From Fibrobacteria bacterium (lineage in GTDB: Bacteria > Fibrobacterota > Fibrobacteria > UBA11236), in assembly GCA_043745805.1 (NCBI GenBank), contig JAYTSD010000008.1:160001-224000 (forward strand): a stretch of DNA of 64,000 nt, given 5' to 3'. The notes beneath the pieces were generated by a model. The model worked only from the letters and a program-made list of their open reading frames with translations, was not told the origin of the DNA and ran no database searches. The position numbers were made by a program, and so were the translations under genes. Positions 10,098-20,458 of the stretch are shown piece after piece. The number at the start of each line of letters is the position of its first letter. Position 1 is the stretch's first letter.

Positions 10098-12647
10098 CTA
10101 CTTTCCTCCATCGAGGATAACGGGTAGATTGAAGTCTTCTTGTGCTTTTATTCCATTAGCCTCGGCAGAAATACGGACATCAATTATCCAAGCTTGACTT
10201 TTTACATATTTTATTTTGTTTACTGCTTTACCACCTTCGGTAACTACCTGTTTAGCTATACCCACAGCCACATCTCCTGGAAAAGGCTTATTGTTTGGTG
10301 TTTCTTTATGGTACTTAAACTCAATCAATACTCCATTTGAATCATAGGTTCCTGGACACTCACATTTTCCATTCTTATTCAGATCATGATAATTTTCTAC
10401 GGAATCCCATTGATTATTTCCATTTATTTCTACATGTTTTTGCATGTAATACTGTACTCCTTTTGTGGTATCTCCACCATAATAATACGGGACGAGATAT
10501 CTTTCTTCAACTGCGTCTCCGCTATCTCGCGTCCCATTTCCATTTATGTCATCTTCTTCAGTAAACTCAATGCTCGCATTAACGTAACCATTACCATCAA
10601 TATCCTCTCCGCGTAATGGCAGTTTTACACCTAGATTATTCGCCTTTGGACTTTGCTCCTCATTATCATCCAACTTTCCATTATTATTATAATCGGTCCA
10701 TCTGAATTTATGTATTAAGGAGTCTGTTTTCCGCTTCTCGTAGTAATAGTTATAAGCGGGATCGGTTCCGCTATAATAGTCCTTAAACATTATTGGCGTT
10801 ACGCTAAAGTTAACCGGCGTTCCATCGGCTACTAAGTTCCCGTTCACATCGGTAACAATTGCGCTAACAGGCAAGGCAAATGTACCATCATTAGGATTTT
10901 CGCCTTTTTGAGTATCGTGGCCTACGCTTAATCTAGCTGCTGGACCAGAAAAAGTAAGCGATACTGTATCTGAAGAAGCGATAACTAATGGCGTTGGACC
11001 TGAGTTGTCCAAAGCAACTGCGGCAACACGTACACTTTGAAAGAAGCTTGTAACCGAACCCGCAAAAATGCTCGACTGAGCAAAACCTTGTTTGGTGTAG
11101 TCGATTGCGGGTTTGATGAGCTCATCCCCTCCACCAGCGCCCTTTACTAATATAAAGCCGATTAGCACATCATCCATCACATTGTCTTCTTTGTCAAAAG
11201 CTTGGGCAATAAGTTTCGCTTCTCCTACTTTCACAGGAATATTATCAGGTGTTACTCGCATCACAAGTCGGCTCACTTTTTGAGCAGTAACCTGCACATC
11301 AACACTTCCGCTGGCCAAAAGTTTTCCATTTAGTTTAGCTTCAACATTCACCGTCGCAATGCCGGTTCCTTTAGAGGATTTCAAAGTAACTGTACTACTC
11401 CCATTGGCGCCCGTAACCGAAAATGGAGTTCCTACTATTGTTCCAAAGGTGGTGGTCCACTTTAAATCTGCGCCTGAGATTGGAGCATTATTTGCATTTT
11501 TTAAACTAACAGATACTTGAGTTGTGCTTACCCCATCTCCAACTATAGAGCTATTCACCGCTGAAACAGAAATTTGGTCGCTTGAGAAGGTGATAGTTTG
11601 GCTTGCATCGGCACCCAGTGCCAGTGCAGTAATCACTACATCTTTAGCTGTCTTAGAGGTCACATAGGTTTTATACTGGCCTTTAGTATCAGTAGCAATC
11701 AAAGTATTGTTTAAGCTTTTTTCCGCGAATCCTCCATCAGCACCAGTTACGGAAATAGCAATAGAGTCTCCGGAAATAATGACACCATTGGCATCAGCCA
11801 ATTCAAAAGTCACCGAGTCACGACTTCCTTGTATCAGAACATTTTTTTGAGGGTTAATCGTTAATTTGATTCCACTGAAGGTTACCTGCTGACGAGAGCT
11901 TAAATCCTGTCCCACAACCGTGGCAACAACCGTAACGGTTTTATTTGCACGCTCTGAAATCAAAATGGCTTTAGCTTTTCCGCCTTCATCCGTCACATCA
12001 GACGCTGTTACTAAACCACCGGTCGCAGTAAACTTTATTTTTTCTCCGGACATGGGATTATTATTTTCATCTTTTAACAGCACAAGCATAGTTGCGGAAT
12101 CATTGCCATCTGCTTTTAAAGTGCTCCGTAAAGCGGTGAAGTACAAATTACGCGTATGCTGGGGAGGCAGTGGAATTGAAGTGCTATCATTTGCCGTAAT
12201 AGTCAGCGATAAAACGCGCTCCACCAACGCGGCAGTACGAACACGTATTTGTATACTACCGGTTCCGGGAATACCTGCTTTCATACGAAAACTAATAGAC
12301 CCACTTGAAATAGTATCCGGTGATTTAAGCGTTTCACTGCCTGTGGCCGCGTAAAGCGAAAAGTTGCCGCTATAGGCAGAAACATAGGCATAGGAAAGAA
12401 AGGCATCAGTTGCAGAATCCTTAAAGGAAATAGTGATCAGTGAAGAGGTATCTCCTACACGAATTTCCGAAACACTTTTTTCGGCTTTGATTTTGGGAAT
12501 AGTTTTTACAGTTTCAATTATAGGGGGCTTCTCTGGTATAATAACATTATCAATTGCATTACCTGGCTTACAATTCGTGAACATAAATGAAAAGATAAGG
12601 CCCATGATAACTATATAGCCCATTTTAATTTGCTTAAACCATTGCAT
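10098..12647 (-). CDS. Large lipoprotein with invasin/Big_1 Ig-like repeats and Ca-binding Dx[DN]xNG loops
   Basis: Hydrophobic leader ending FTNC; repeated ADG..S....LKD.N.NP..G..I.F Big_1 motifs; DYNNNGKLD, DIDGNG, DINGNGTRD, DLNKNG loops; AAGGAG SD before ATG 12647. Confidence 0.75.
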   Translation of the reverse strand: MQWFKQIKMGYIVIMGLIFSFMFTNCKPGNAIDNVIIPEKPPIIETVKTIPKIKAEKSVSEIRVGDTSSLITISFKDSATDAFLSYAYVSAYSGNFSLYAATGSETLKSPDTISSGSISFRMKAGIPGTGSIQIRVRTAALVERVLSLTITANDSTSIPLPPQHTRNLYFTALRSTLKADGNDSATMLVLLKDENNNPMSGEKIKFTATGGLVTASDVTDEGGKAKAILISERANKTVTVVATVVGQDLSSRQQVTFSGIKLTINPQKNVLIQGSRDSVTFELADANGVIISGDSIAISVTGADGGFAEKSLNNTLIATDTKGQYKTYVTSKTAKDVVITALALGADASQTITFSSDQISVSAVNSSIVGDGVSTTQVSVSLKNANNAPISGADLKWTTTFGTIVGTPFSVTGANGSSTVTLKSSKGTGIATVNVEAKLNGKLLASGSVDVQVTAQKVSRLVMRVTPDNIPVKVGEAKLIAQAFDKEDNVMDDVLIGFILVKGAGGGDELIKPAIDYTKQGFAQSSIFAGSVTSFFQSVRVAAVALDNSGPTPLVIASSDTVSLTFSGPAARLSVGHDTQKGENPNDGTFALPVSAIVTDVNGNLVADGTPVNFSVTPIMFKDYYSGTDPAYNYYYEKRKTDSLIHKFRWTDYNNNGKLDDNEEQSPKANNLGVKLPLRGEDIDGNGYVNASIEFTEEDDINGNGTRDSGDAVEERYLVPYYYGGDTTKGVQYYMQKHVEINGNNQWDSVENYHDLNKNGKCECPGTYDSNGVLIEFKYHKETPNNKPFPGDVAVGIAKQVVTEGGKAVNKIKYVKSQAWIIDVRISAEANGIKAQEDFNLPVILDGGK

Positions 12648-12758
12648 CAAATTCTCCTTGATCAAACGAGCACCTCTACGGCACTACTCGAAAAAAACTA
12701 AAACAATTATATATCTATTTTCGTCCGCTTTCAGGTTTTTTTTAATCAGACTTTCAAA

Positions 12759-12787
12759 TTGACTAACCCTAAACGATGAATTACTTT
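12759..12787 (+). promoter_or_regulatory. Putative promoter of tRNA-Ser
   Basis: TTGACT-N17-TACTTT just upstream of the tRNA. Confidence 0.6.
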
Positions 12788-12798
12788 AACGCCCTATT

Positions 12799-12882
12799 GG
12801 AGGGTTAGGCTAACGGTAAGTCAGCGGTCTTGAAAACCGCCGCCCAAAAGGCTTGGGGGTTCAAATCCCTCACCCTCCGCCA
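12799..12882 (+). tRNA. tRNA-Ser (anticodon TGA)
   Basis: Acceptor stem GGAGGGT/ACCCTCC, discriminator G plus CCA, anticodon arm GCGGT-CT-TGA-AA-ACCGC, long variable arm, GGTTCAAATCC T-arm. Confidence 0.95.
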
Positions 12883-13081
12883 CTTTCTCCCTCACTCTCC
12901 ATTCCTGCTTTATTATCCTACACACATTTTCAATGGTTTATTTTATTCCGCAATTTGTTAAAAGCTAACCCTATCTAACTTTGATTATCCAACTTTGAAA
13001 TAGCTTTTGGTTTATTGTTGACAATTAATTTTTATGTTTCTTGAGGGCATATTGCATTGAATATCAAATAAGGAGAGGTGA

Positions 13082-14167
13082 ATGACACAGAAAATTGGAG
13101 TTATTGGCGCAGGATGGATGGCAGCGTATCATGTTAACGGTTTCCGTAGTGCTGGAGCCGAAGTGGTGGCCATAGCCGACAATAATGGCGAGGCTGCCAA
13201 GCAAGCCGCAAAAAAATATGGTGTGGAGAAATCCTTTGGCAGCATCAAAGAGATGTATGAATCCATTAAAGATTTGGATGCAGTTTCTATCATCACTCCC
13301 AATGCATTCCACTATCCCTTAGCGTCGGAAGCACTTAGCCTCGGCAAACATGTTTTCTGCGAAAAGCCGCCGGCTTTGAATGCCAAAGATGTTGCCGACA
13401 TGACACAAATTGCCAAGAAAAATGGCAAAACCTTAATGTTCAATTTTAATAATCGTGCCCGTCCAGAAGCTTATGCTATTCGTGAATATATTAAAGCCGG
13501 AACTATTGGCCGTATTAATTCTGCGCAAGCCGCATGGGTACGCCGCAATGGTATTCCGGGTTTTGGAGGCTGGTTCACCAATCAAAAATTATCTGGTGGC
13601 GGCCCTTTAATTGATCTTTTGCATATGATTGATTTGGCACTTCACTTTATGGATTATCCCGAGCCCGCCTTTGTTATGGCGCAAACTTTTAATGACTTAA
13701 TCAGTAATCCAGAATTTAAAGGGCCTTGGGGTATTCCCGATGTTAAGGGAGGCGTAACCGATGTGGAGGCTTCTGCGCATGGTTTTATCACATTTAAAAC
13801 TGGACAAGTGCTTTCCATTCGCAATGCTTGGGCTGAAATGAACAAGCGCGAAGAAGTTTCCGTAGTTTTTCAAGGGCAAAAAGCCGGTGGTATGGTGCAA
13901 AGACTTTTCCGCTTAGATGGAATAGACTCTACCTCCATTGATACTTGTGAGTTATACACTCAAGAACATGGACGTCCGGTAAATCGCAGCGTGATTGTGG
14001 AAGCCGATGAAGCCATGGGCCGTGAGCGTTCTGCTAAAAACTTTGCCTTAACTTTAGCAGGAATGGAAGCACCTTTGAATATTCCTGACGAAGCAGTAAA
14101 GTTAATGAAGATTATTGACGGTATTTATGCGTCTGCAAAAACTGGTAAGCCCGTTGAAATTGTTTAA
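13082..14167 (+). CDS. Gfo/Idh/MocA family NAD(P)-dependent oxidoreductase
   Basis: IGVIGAG Rossmann motif, HVFCEKP, GGGPLIDLLH. Confidence 0.92.
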   Translation: MTQKIGVIGAGWMAAYHVNGFRSAGAEVVAIADNNGEAAKQAAKKYGVEKSFGSIKEMYESIKDLDAVSIITPNAFHYPLASEALSLGKHVFCEKPPALNAKDVADMTQIAKKNGKTLMFNFNNRARPEAYAIREYIKAGTIGRINSAQAAWVRRNGIPGFGGWFTNQKLSGGGPLIDLLHMIDLALHFMDYPEPAFVMAQTFNDLISNPEFKGPWGIPDVKGGVTDVEASAHGFITFKTGQVLSIRNAWAEMNKREEVSVVFQGQKAGGMVQRLFRLDGIDSTSIDTCELYTQEHGRPVNRSVIVEADEAMGRERSAKNFALTLAGMEAPLNIPDEAVKLMKIIDGIYASAKTGKPVEIV

Positions 14168-14212
14168 TGTAAAATTGATTATAAGTTAGACCTTCATTTG
14201 GGGGAATGTTTC

Positions 14213-14989
14213 TTAGGTTAAAAAACCTGATATTCCCCTGAACTCTAATTGAAAATCATTATCCGAAGATTGCTTCACAGTTTTACCTAAAGCAAAAATA
14301 CTTATTTCTTCTGCCCCATTTTTTAATAACTCTTCTGCACATAATACGGCGGTAGATCCCGTAGTAAAAATATCGTCGATCAATAAAATTTTTTGATTTT
14401 TTAAATTACTTCCGGAAAATACTTTGAAAGCAGACTTTAGATTTTTACTGCGCAGTAGAGATCCCAAATGGGTTTGCGTATTCGTATAACGTATTCGCTT
14501 CAAGAATTTATTTTGAATAGTGACGCCAGTTGCATGGGATATTTCTTTCGCGATTTCAAAACTTTGATTATAACCTCTTTCTCGTAAACGCAATGGATGA
14601 ATTGGAATAGGGACTAATGCCGAATACTTTTTGAGACTCTCTAAAAGATCAGGTCGAAACCGTATAAACTGGCTGAGAAAACGAAGATCACGTTTACGAT
14701 TTTGATATTTAAATCCATGGCTTAATGTAGTGAACTGTGGATTAACTTGAAATAAAAAGTGCGCGCGCATTAATTGCGGCTTCCAATCAATATGTAATCC
14801 ATCACAATTATTCTCACCGCAAAGTGAACAAATGGGAATTTTAAAACGCTTTAATTTGCGAATACAGGATAAGCATAAAGGCAACTTTTGAAAACGTTTT
14901 TGATCACAATGCGAACATAAGGGCGGCAAAAAAACATTGGCCACCCCCGTTAATCCCACATGAAGTGTTCGACTAAATATTTTCTCCAT
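14213..14989 (-). CDS. comF: ComF family protein (double zinc ribbon plus PRTase domain)
   Basis: CxxC pairs, PIPIH...RGYNQS, LLIDDIFTTGST. Confidence 0.9.
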   Translation of the reverse strand: MEKIFSRTLHVGLTGVANVFLPPLCSHCDQKRFQKLPLCLSCIRKLKRFKIPICSLCGENNCDGLHIDWKPQLMRAHFLFQVNPQFTTLSHGFKYQNRKRDLRFLSQFIRFRPDLLESLKKYSALVPIPIHPLRLRERGYNQSFEIAKEISHATGVTIQNKFLKRIRYTNTQTHLGSLLRSKNLKSAFKVFSGSNLKNQKILLIDDIFTTGSTAVLCAEELLKNGAEEISIFALGKTVKQSSDNDFQLEFRGISGFLT

Positions 14990-16235
14990 GTGCCCGCAAG
15001 TTTAAGATGATTCCAATCATAATCAAACAGGAAATCATAAATGACCCGCCATATGAAAAGAAAGGCAATGGCAAACCCGTAACCGGCATGAGACCAATGG
15101 TCATGGATACATTCACAAAAATATGAAAGCACAAAATTGCTGCTACACCTACGGCTACAAAATTAACAAAGCGATTTCTTACATCTACGCATACTTTTAG
15201 AATACGTAGAATTAAAAAAAAGTAAAGCGTTAAAACAAAAGCACAGCCAATAAAGCCAAATTGCTCACCGAGTACTGAAAAAATAAAATCGGTATGTTCT
15301 TCTGGTAAAAAGCTTAAATTGGTTTGCGTTCCATGTAAAAAGCCTTTACCCATAACCCGTCCCGATCCAATAGCTACCTTACTTTGCAAAACTTGATAGC
15401 CTGCACCTAAAGGGTCGCTCAAAGGATTCATAAAGGTTAATATCCGCGATCTCTGATGATCGTATAAAATTTTATTCCATGTATATATGGCACCGTAACC
15501 TGCACCAATATTTAAAAACAAAATACTGATACCGTATTTTAAGGGCATGCGATTATACAACATAATCGCAATAATTATCACAAACATTAATGCCCAAGCC
15601 AGCTGGTGAAAAGTCAATGCCACAGAAAGTAATGGGGAGGCTAATAAAAATATTTCATGCAACTTTAGGCCGGCCCAATAACACATAAAAACCGTCATCG
15701 CAACAAAGGAAAGCGCGGTACTCAAATTGGGCTGACGTAACACCAAAATAAAAGCCGGAATAAATAAGGCCACCGGCGGCAACAAAGTTTTCAGTTTATA
15801 AAATGAAATCGGTTGAAAGGAAAGTAGCCTAGCCATGGCTAATAAAAATGCCACCTTGGTTAATTCCGAAGGTTGCAAATTAAAGCCTCCTGGCAAAGCA
15901 ATCCAACGCTCCACAGAATTACCCTTAAAAATAATGATGTATAAAAGTGGAAATAGCGAAATAAAATAGGCCGGATAAGCAGCCGCATAAAAAACTCGAG
16001 AGGGAATAAGATAAATTCCCCAAATAGCCACCATGCCTAAGGCCACATAAGCAATTTGTTTTATCCATTGTTTTCCGGGTGCATCGAAGGTAGCCGAATA
16101 CACCATACTCAAACCAATGGCAATTATGCAAAAAACATTGAACAACAATAACCAATCAAAGGACTGGCTGTTTTTGTCCGACCATTTGCCTTTGGAAGTA
16201 ATGCTTGAAAACTTCTCCCGCAATAGGTGCTGCAA
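14973..16235 (-). CDS. rodA: Rod shape-determining protein RodA
   Basis: LQPSE, QPNLST, DPLGAGYQ, FLPEEHTDFIF and PFFSYGGS motifs, downstream of mrdA. Start set at TTG 16235 with GGAGG SD (uncertain). Confidence 0.93.
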   Translation of the reverse strand: MQHLLREKFSSITSKGKWSDKNSQSFDWLLLFNVFCIIAIGLSMVYSATFDAPGKQWIKQIAYVALGMVAIWGIYLIPSRVFYAAAYPAYFISLFPLLYIIIFKGNSVERWIALPGGFNLQPSELTKVAFLLAMARLLSFQPISFYKLKTLLPPVALFIPAFILVLRQPNLSTALSFVAMTVFMCYWAGLKLHEIFLLASPLLSVALTFHQLAWALMFVIIIAIMLYNRMPLKYGISILFLNIGAGYGAIYTWNKILYDHQRSRILTFMNPLSDPLGAGYQVLQSKVAIGSGRVMGKGFLHGTQTNLSFLPEEHTDFIFSVLGEQFGFIGCAFVLTLYFFLILRILKVCVDVRNRFVNFVAVGVAAILCFHIFVNVSMTIGLMPVTGLPLPFFSYGGSFMISCLIMIGIILNLRAHGENI

Positions 16236-18021
16236 ATGAACCTCCGTGACCAATATTTTCCAATACCACCGCTATGGCCAATTCTGGTGCATAGAGTGGC
16301 GCTACACCAATAAATAAAGCATGGGTTTTATCACCATGAGGATTTTCTGCTGATCCTGTTTTACCGCCCACAATAATATCCGTTACCTTTGCCCTACCCC
16401 CTGTACCCGAAGGCGAATTCACCACCATCTCCATGGCTTTCAAAATAGCTTCATGCTGTTCTTTAGTAATATGTAATTCAGAAGCGATTTCGGGTGTGTA
16501 GTGAAAATTATTTTTGCCGTCAGGAGAACGAATTTCTTTTATGAAATGGGGCTTATACAAAACTTTTCCGTTTCCTAATCCTGCAGCATAATTTGCCAAT
16601 TGCAAGGGTGTCGCAATTTGACCTTGACCTATAGATAAATTCAGCACTAAGCCGCGCGTCCAAGTCCAACCACGCTTTTTGTATTTACGGGTATAAGTTC
16701 CCGAATCGACCAATTCACCGGAACGCTCTTCATCGAGATCAATTCCAGTTTTGCGTCCAAAGCCAAATTCTTTAGCCACTTCATTAATAGGATTCATACC
16801 AATGGACAAGCCGAGTTGATAATAATAAGCATCACAGCTTTGCGTAAACGCATCAAAAAAATTTAAAGACCCATGTCCTTTGGGATTCCAACATCTCCAA
16901 AAGCGATTTCCAAAACGATATCCGCCCGAACAACCTCTTTGCATATGATCAGTGGGATGAAATCCCGAACGAAATCCTGCCAATGAAACAACCCCTTTAA
17001 AAGTTGAACCCGGTTCATATCCGCCAACCGTAGCGCGATTATTCAGCGGTCGATTAGGATCTAATGCAAGTTTTGCCCATTCTTTATTTCTCTGTTCTCG
17101 GGATAAAGAAAAAATATTGGAATTCATGCGCGGACTGGAAGCAATCACAATGACTTCGCCATTACGCGGATCAATTGCGACGATAGACCCTTTTACCGAA
17201 TCCGGTAATAAAGTTTCCGCAAAATTCTGTAATTCCATATCAATGGAGGTAACCAAATTACTACCTGGAATGGGGGTAACATGTGGCATATCGGCAAGCA
17301 CTTCTATTTCTTTCCCAAAAGCATTTACACGTACATAACGAATACCATCTTTACCCCTAAAATATTTTTCATAATGCCGCTCTAATCCTTTGCGGCCCAC
17401 CCTATCGCCTTTGGTATAGGCCAGACTATCGCCATTTTCTACTAAGTTTTGAATCTCGTCTTCTTTTACCTCATCCATGTATCCTAGGACATGCCCAGCA
17501 TTGGCGCCATTGGGGTATGAGCGACGTGACTCAACAACCGTTACTACTCCAGGTAAATCCATTTGATGTTCTTCAATCATCGCAACAAGTTCCGGTGCAG
17601 CGTCTTCATGAATAATCAGAGGTTGAAATTTTTTCCATTTCCCTCTTTGTAAAGTCCACTTTAACAAAGTGGAATCAAAAATCATTTTCCCAGTGCTATC
17701 CGTAAATCGTAAAAGATTATTATAAACCATTTTTGGATCTTTTAATTCTGTAGGAAGAATCGCGATTTGAATAGATGGTCGATTATGTGCCAACACTTTT
17801 CCATTGCGATCCAAAATCAACCCTCGTGGAGCACGCACTACTTGTAGGCGCATGCTATTTTGTTCCGAAAGTTTTTCGTGATAATCGCCTTGAATCACTT
17901 GTAAATGTATAAGCCTCGCAATGAGCAATAAAAGTGCAAAAGCAAAACCTACCGCACCATTCCGAAACATGGCATTTTTATAAAACTGATCGTCAAGAGG
18001 ATGCGGATTACGTAGACTCAT
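16156..18021 (-). CDS. mrdA: Penicillin-binding protein 2
   Basis: APRGLILDRNG, YEPGSTFK (SxxK), SCD, KTGS; located in the mre operon. Confidence 0.95.
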   Translation of the reverse strand: MSLRNPHPLDDQFYKNAMFRNGAVGFAFALLLLIARLIHLQVIQGDYHEKLSEQNSMRLQVVRAPRGLILDRNGKVLAHNRPSIQIAILPTELKDPKMVYNNLLRFTDSTGKMIFDSTLLKWTLQRGKWKKFQPLIIHEDAAPELVAMIEEHQMDLPGVVTVVESRRSYPNGANAGHVLGYMDEVKEDEIQNLVENGDSLAYTKGDRVGRKGLERHYEKYFRGKDGIRYVRVNAFGKEIEVLADMPHVTPIPGSNLVTSIDMELQNFAETLLPDSVKGSIVAIDPRNGEVIVIASSPRMNSNIFSLSREQRNKEWAKLALDPNRPLNNRATVGGYEPGSTFKGVVSLAGFRSGFHPTDHMQRGCSGGYRFGNRFWRCWNPKGHGSLNFFDAFTQSCDAYYYQLGLSIGMNPINEVAKEFGFGRKTGIDLDEERSGELVDSGTYTRKYKKRGWTWTRGLVLNLSIGQGQIATPLQLANYAAGLGNGKVLYKPHFIKEIRSPDGKNNFHYTPEIASELHITKEQHEAILKAMEMVVNSPSGTGGRAKVTDIIVGGKTGSAENPHGDKTHALFIGVAPLYAPELAIAVVLENIGHGGSFAAPIAGEVFKHYFQRQMVGQKQPVL

Positions 18022-18048
18022 AGCAGCATCTTAGCGATAGGCAAAATG

Positions 18049-18525
18049 CTAGGATTCATTTTTTGAACGCGGAATTAAAAAATAAAAAAACAATGCACCA
18101 AATAACAAAGTGTAAATTCCAGAAGGAAGAGAATAATTCAAAAAAAGATAAGCCATGTAAGCAGGCTTATAACCCGCTGCAAAATCATAAATAAAATCAT
18201 GTATAAAAAAAGCACCTGCTAAAAAGAAAACTTTAGTCGCAGGCATTATTTTTAGTACTCGCTCATCAAGCAATCCAACACCATATCCAACTAAACACTT
18301 CGCTAAGGCATTTACTCCTAATGTTTCTACCGCATAAACATCTTGTACCAGTCCAATTAAAAAACCGCAGAATAAACCCACCACCGAGCCATAACGCAAT
18401 GAAATTGCGACCAAGCAAATCAATAATATATCCGGGCGTACATCACCAATAGAAATGATTCTGACCACGGTTTGCTGCAAAATTAATGCCGCTATCATCA
18501 GACCAAAACCCTTAAGAAAATTCAT
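18049..18525 (-). CDS. mreD: Rod shape-determining protein MreD
   Basis: Hydrophobic protein with PDILL and GF.IGL.QD motifs; ATGA overlap with mreC. Confidence 0.88.
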   Translation of the reverse strand: MNFLKGFGLMIAALILQQTVVRIISIGDVRPDILLICLVAISLRYGSVVGLFCGFLIGLVQDVYAVETLGVNALAKCLVGYGVGLLDERVLKIMPATKVFFLAGAFFIHDFIYDFAAGYKPAYMAYLFLNYSLPSGIYTLLFGALFFYFLIPRSKNES

Positions 18526-19340
18526 GGGTCTTTCCTTATCATCCAACTATCTTCTTTGATTAATACAAATACGTCTTCTACACGATTTGGATTTTGAAAT
18601 AAGCGCACATTTACGCTATGCACAATATCTTCCATTTGTTGTATAGGCAATGAATCGGCAGTTACAATACCTACCAATAATCCTTTGGGGAAAACACCAC
18701 CCATTCCCGAAGTGATAAGTGTATCCCCACTCAAAATTTCGGCATCAATGGGAAACCGTCCAATTGCTTTTCCTGAAGCGCCACTTTCAACGAATCCTTT
18801 AATGCGACTTCGATCACAAATAACAGATACCTTGAAATTAGGATCCGATATTAGTTGCACAAGACTATGATGGACGTAGCTTTTAACAACCTTCCCTACA
18901 ATGCCTGCCGAAGTTAATACGGGCATATTAATATTTACAGAATCCGCTAGTCCGATATTAATTACATAAGTGGAAACAAATCGATTGGCTTCTTCTGCGC
19001 TAATTTGTGCCATTTTCAATTTTAAATTTGCGGTATTTTCAAAACTATCCATCGCCATTAAACGAGGTATACGTCTTAAAGCTTGACGAAGATAATCATT
19101 CTCCAAACGCAATACAGTATTAGTTTGTTTAAGATGTTTGTTTTCATCAAAAATAAACAAGGTATGATCTAAGCGCGAAAGAATGGCTTGAGCAGGATAA
19201 AGAAAAGTACTAATGGCTACTTCGTGAAAGGTATGTTTTTCTTTGGGCTTAAGGGAAATAAGCAGTATACAAAGGAAAAGACAAATGCCAAGGGAAAAAA
19301 TTCCTTTAGCAAAAGTGAGAATTCTAATGAGCCAATCCAA
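18522..19340 (-). CDS. mreC: Rod shape-determining protein MreC
   Basis: TM plus coiled coil, GIVGKV, GDTLITSGMGGVFPKGL. Confidence 0.93.
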   Translation of the reverse strand: MDWLIRILTFAKGIFSLGICLFLCILLISLKPKEKHTFHEVAISTFLYPAQAILSRLDHTLFIFDENKHLKQTNTVLRLENDYLRQALRRIPRLMAMDSFENTANLKLKMAQISAEEANRFVSTYVINIGLADSVNINMPVLTSAGIVGKVVKSYVHHSLVQLISDPNFKVSVICDRSRIKGFVESGASGKAIGRFPIDAEILSGDTLITSGMGGVFPKGLLVGIVTADSLPIQQMEDIVHSVNVRLFQNPNRVEDVFVLIKEDSWMIRKDP

Positions 19341-19373
19341 GGTAATCCTGCAAGCCCCGTTTCGGGAAAAAAT

Positions 19374-20396
19374 CTATCGATTGGAATCCATAAGTACTTT
19401 ATAGTATTTATCCATGTCTTCTAATATGCGCGCGGTTCCTTTACATACACACACTAATGGATCATCAATTACGTTTACCGATAAATTCGTAGCTTGACGC
19501 AAGAGTTGATCGAGACCACGCAACTGAGCGCCCCCACCGGTCATCACTATACCTTTATCTAAAATATCAGCTGACAATTCAGGTGGAGTTTGTTCTAAAG
19601 CCCTCTTCACCGCTTCCACAATCGCATTTACAGGCTCAGCTAAAGCCTCGCGAATTTGCACAGAAGAAATTTTTAAGGTATGTGGAATACCCTCTTTTAA
19701 GTCACGTCCTTTGACTTCCATCTCTAATTCTTTTTCTAGTGGAAAAGCAGAACCTATTTGCATTTTAATGCGTTCAGCCATACCTTCACCCACAAGAAGA
19801 TTGTGATTCTTTTTCAAATAACTGATGATGGCTTCGTCCATTTCATCGCCACCAATTCGAATGGACGCATCGCATACAATGCCATATAAAGCAATGACCG
19901 CAATTTCGGAAGTGCCTCCACCAATATCAATAATCATATTTCCACTGGGATCTTCAACGGGAATTCCCATTCCGATCGCAGCGGCCATAGGTTCGGCTAC
20001 TAAATGTACTTCGCGCGCGCCTGCTTTTTGTGCGGACTCAAGTACAGCACGTTTTTCTACTTCGGTAATTCCACTTGGGACACCAATAACTATGCGTGGA
20101 CGCAAAAAGAAAAGTGGATACTTTTGTGCGGTACGTATCAAGCGTGTTAACAAGCTTTCTACCAGCTGAAAATCAGCTATTACGCCATCCTTCATAGGAC
20201 GCACGGCGATGATTTCACCAGGAGTTCTACCTAACATTCGTTTGGCTTCGGAGCCAATAGCCACTACTTTATTCGTACGACGTTCCACCGCTACCACGGA
20301 GGGCTCATTAATAACTATACCGCGGCCACTCACGTGAACAAGGGTATTCGCCGTTCCTAAATCAATACCGATATCGCTGGATAAAAAACCGAACAA
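19374..20396 (-). CDS. mreB: Actin-like MreB
   Basis: IGIDLGTANT, EPSVVA, RPMKDGVIAD, DIGGGT. Confidence 0.98.
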   Translation of the reverse strand: MFGFLSSDIGIDLGTANTLVHVSGRGIVINEPSVVAVERRTNKVVAIGSEAKRMLGRTPGEIIAVRPMKDGVIADFQLVESLLTRLIRTAQKYPLFFLRPRIVIGVPSGITEVEKRAVLESAQKAGAREVHLVAEPMAAAIGMGIPVEDPSGNMIIDIGGGTSEIAVIALYGIVCDASIRIGGDEMDEAIISYLKKNHNLLVGEGMAERIKMQIGSAFPLEKELEMEVKGRDLKEGIPHTLKISSVQIREALAEPVNAIVEAVKRALEQTPPELSADILDKGIVMTGGGAQLRGLDQLLRQATNLSVNVIDDPLVCVCKGTARILEDMDKYYKVLMDSNR

Positions 20397-20458
20397 ATTA
20401 AACCCGTATTTTAAAAGTGAATTTTTTAAAGGTGTAAATTTTACCGATAAAATAGAAA

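Noticed and set aside
12799-12882. tRNA-Sec or opal suppressor
   Set aside because: The anticodon is TGA (reads UCA, Ser), not TCA, and the acceptor stem is the normal 7 bp.
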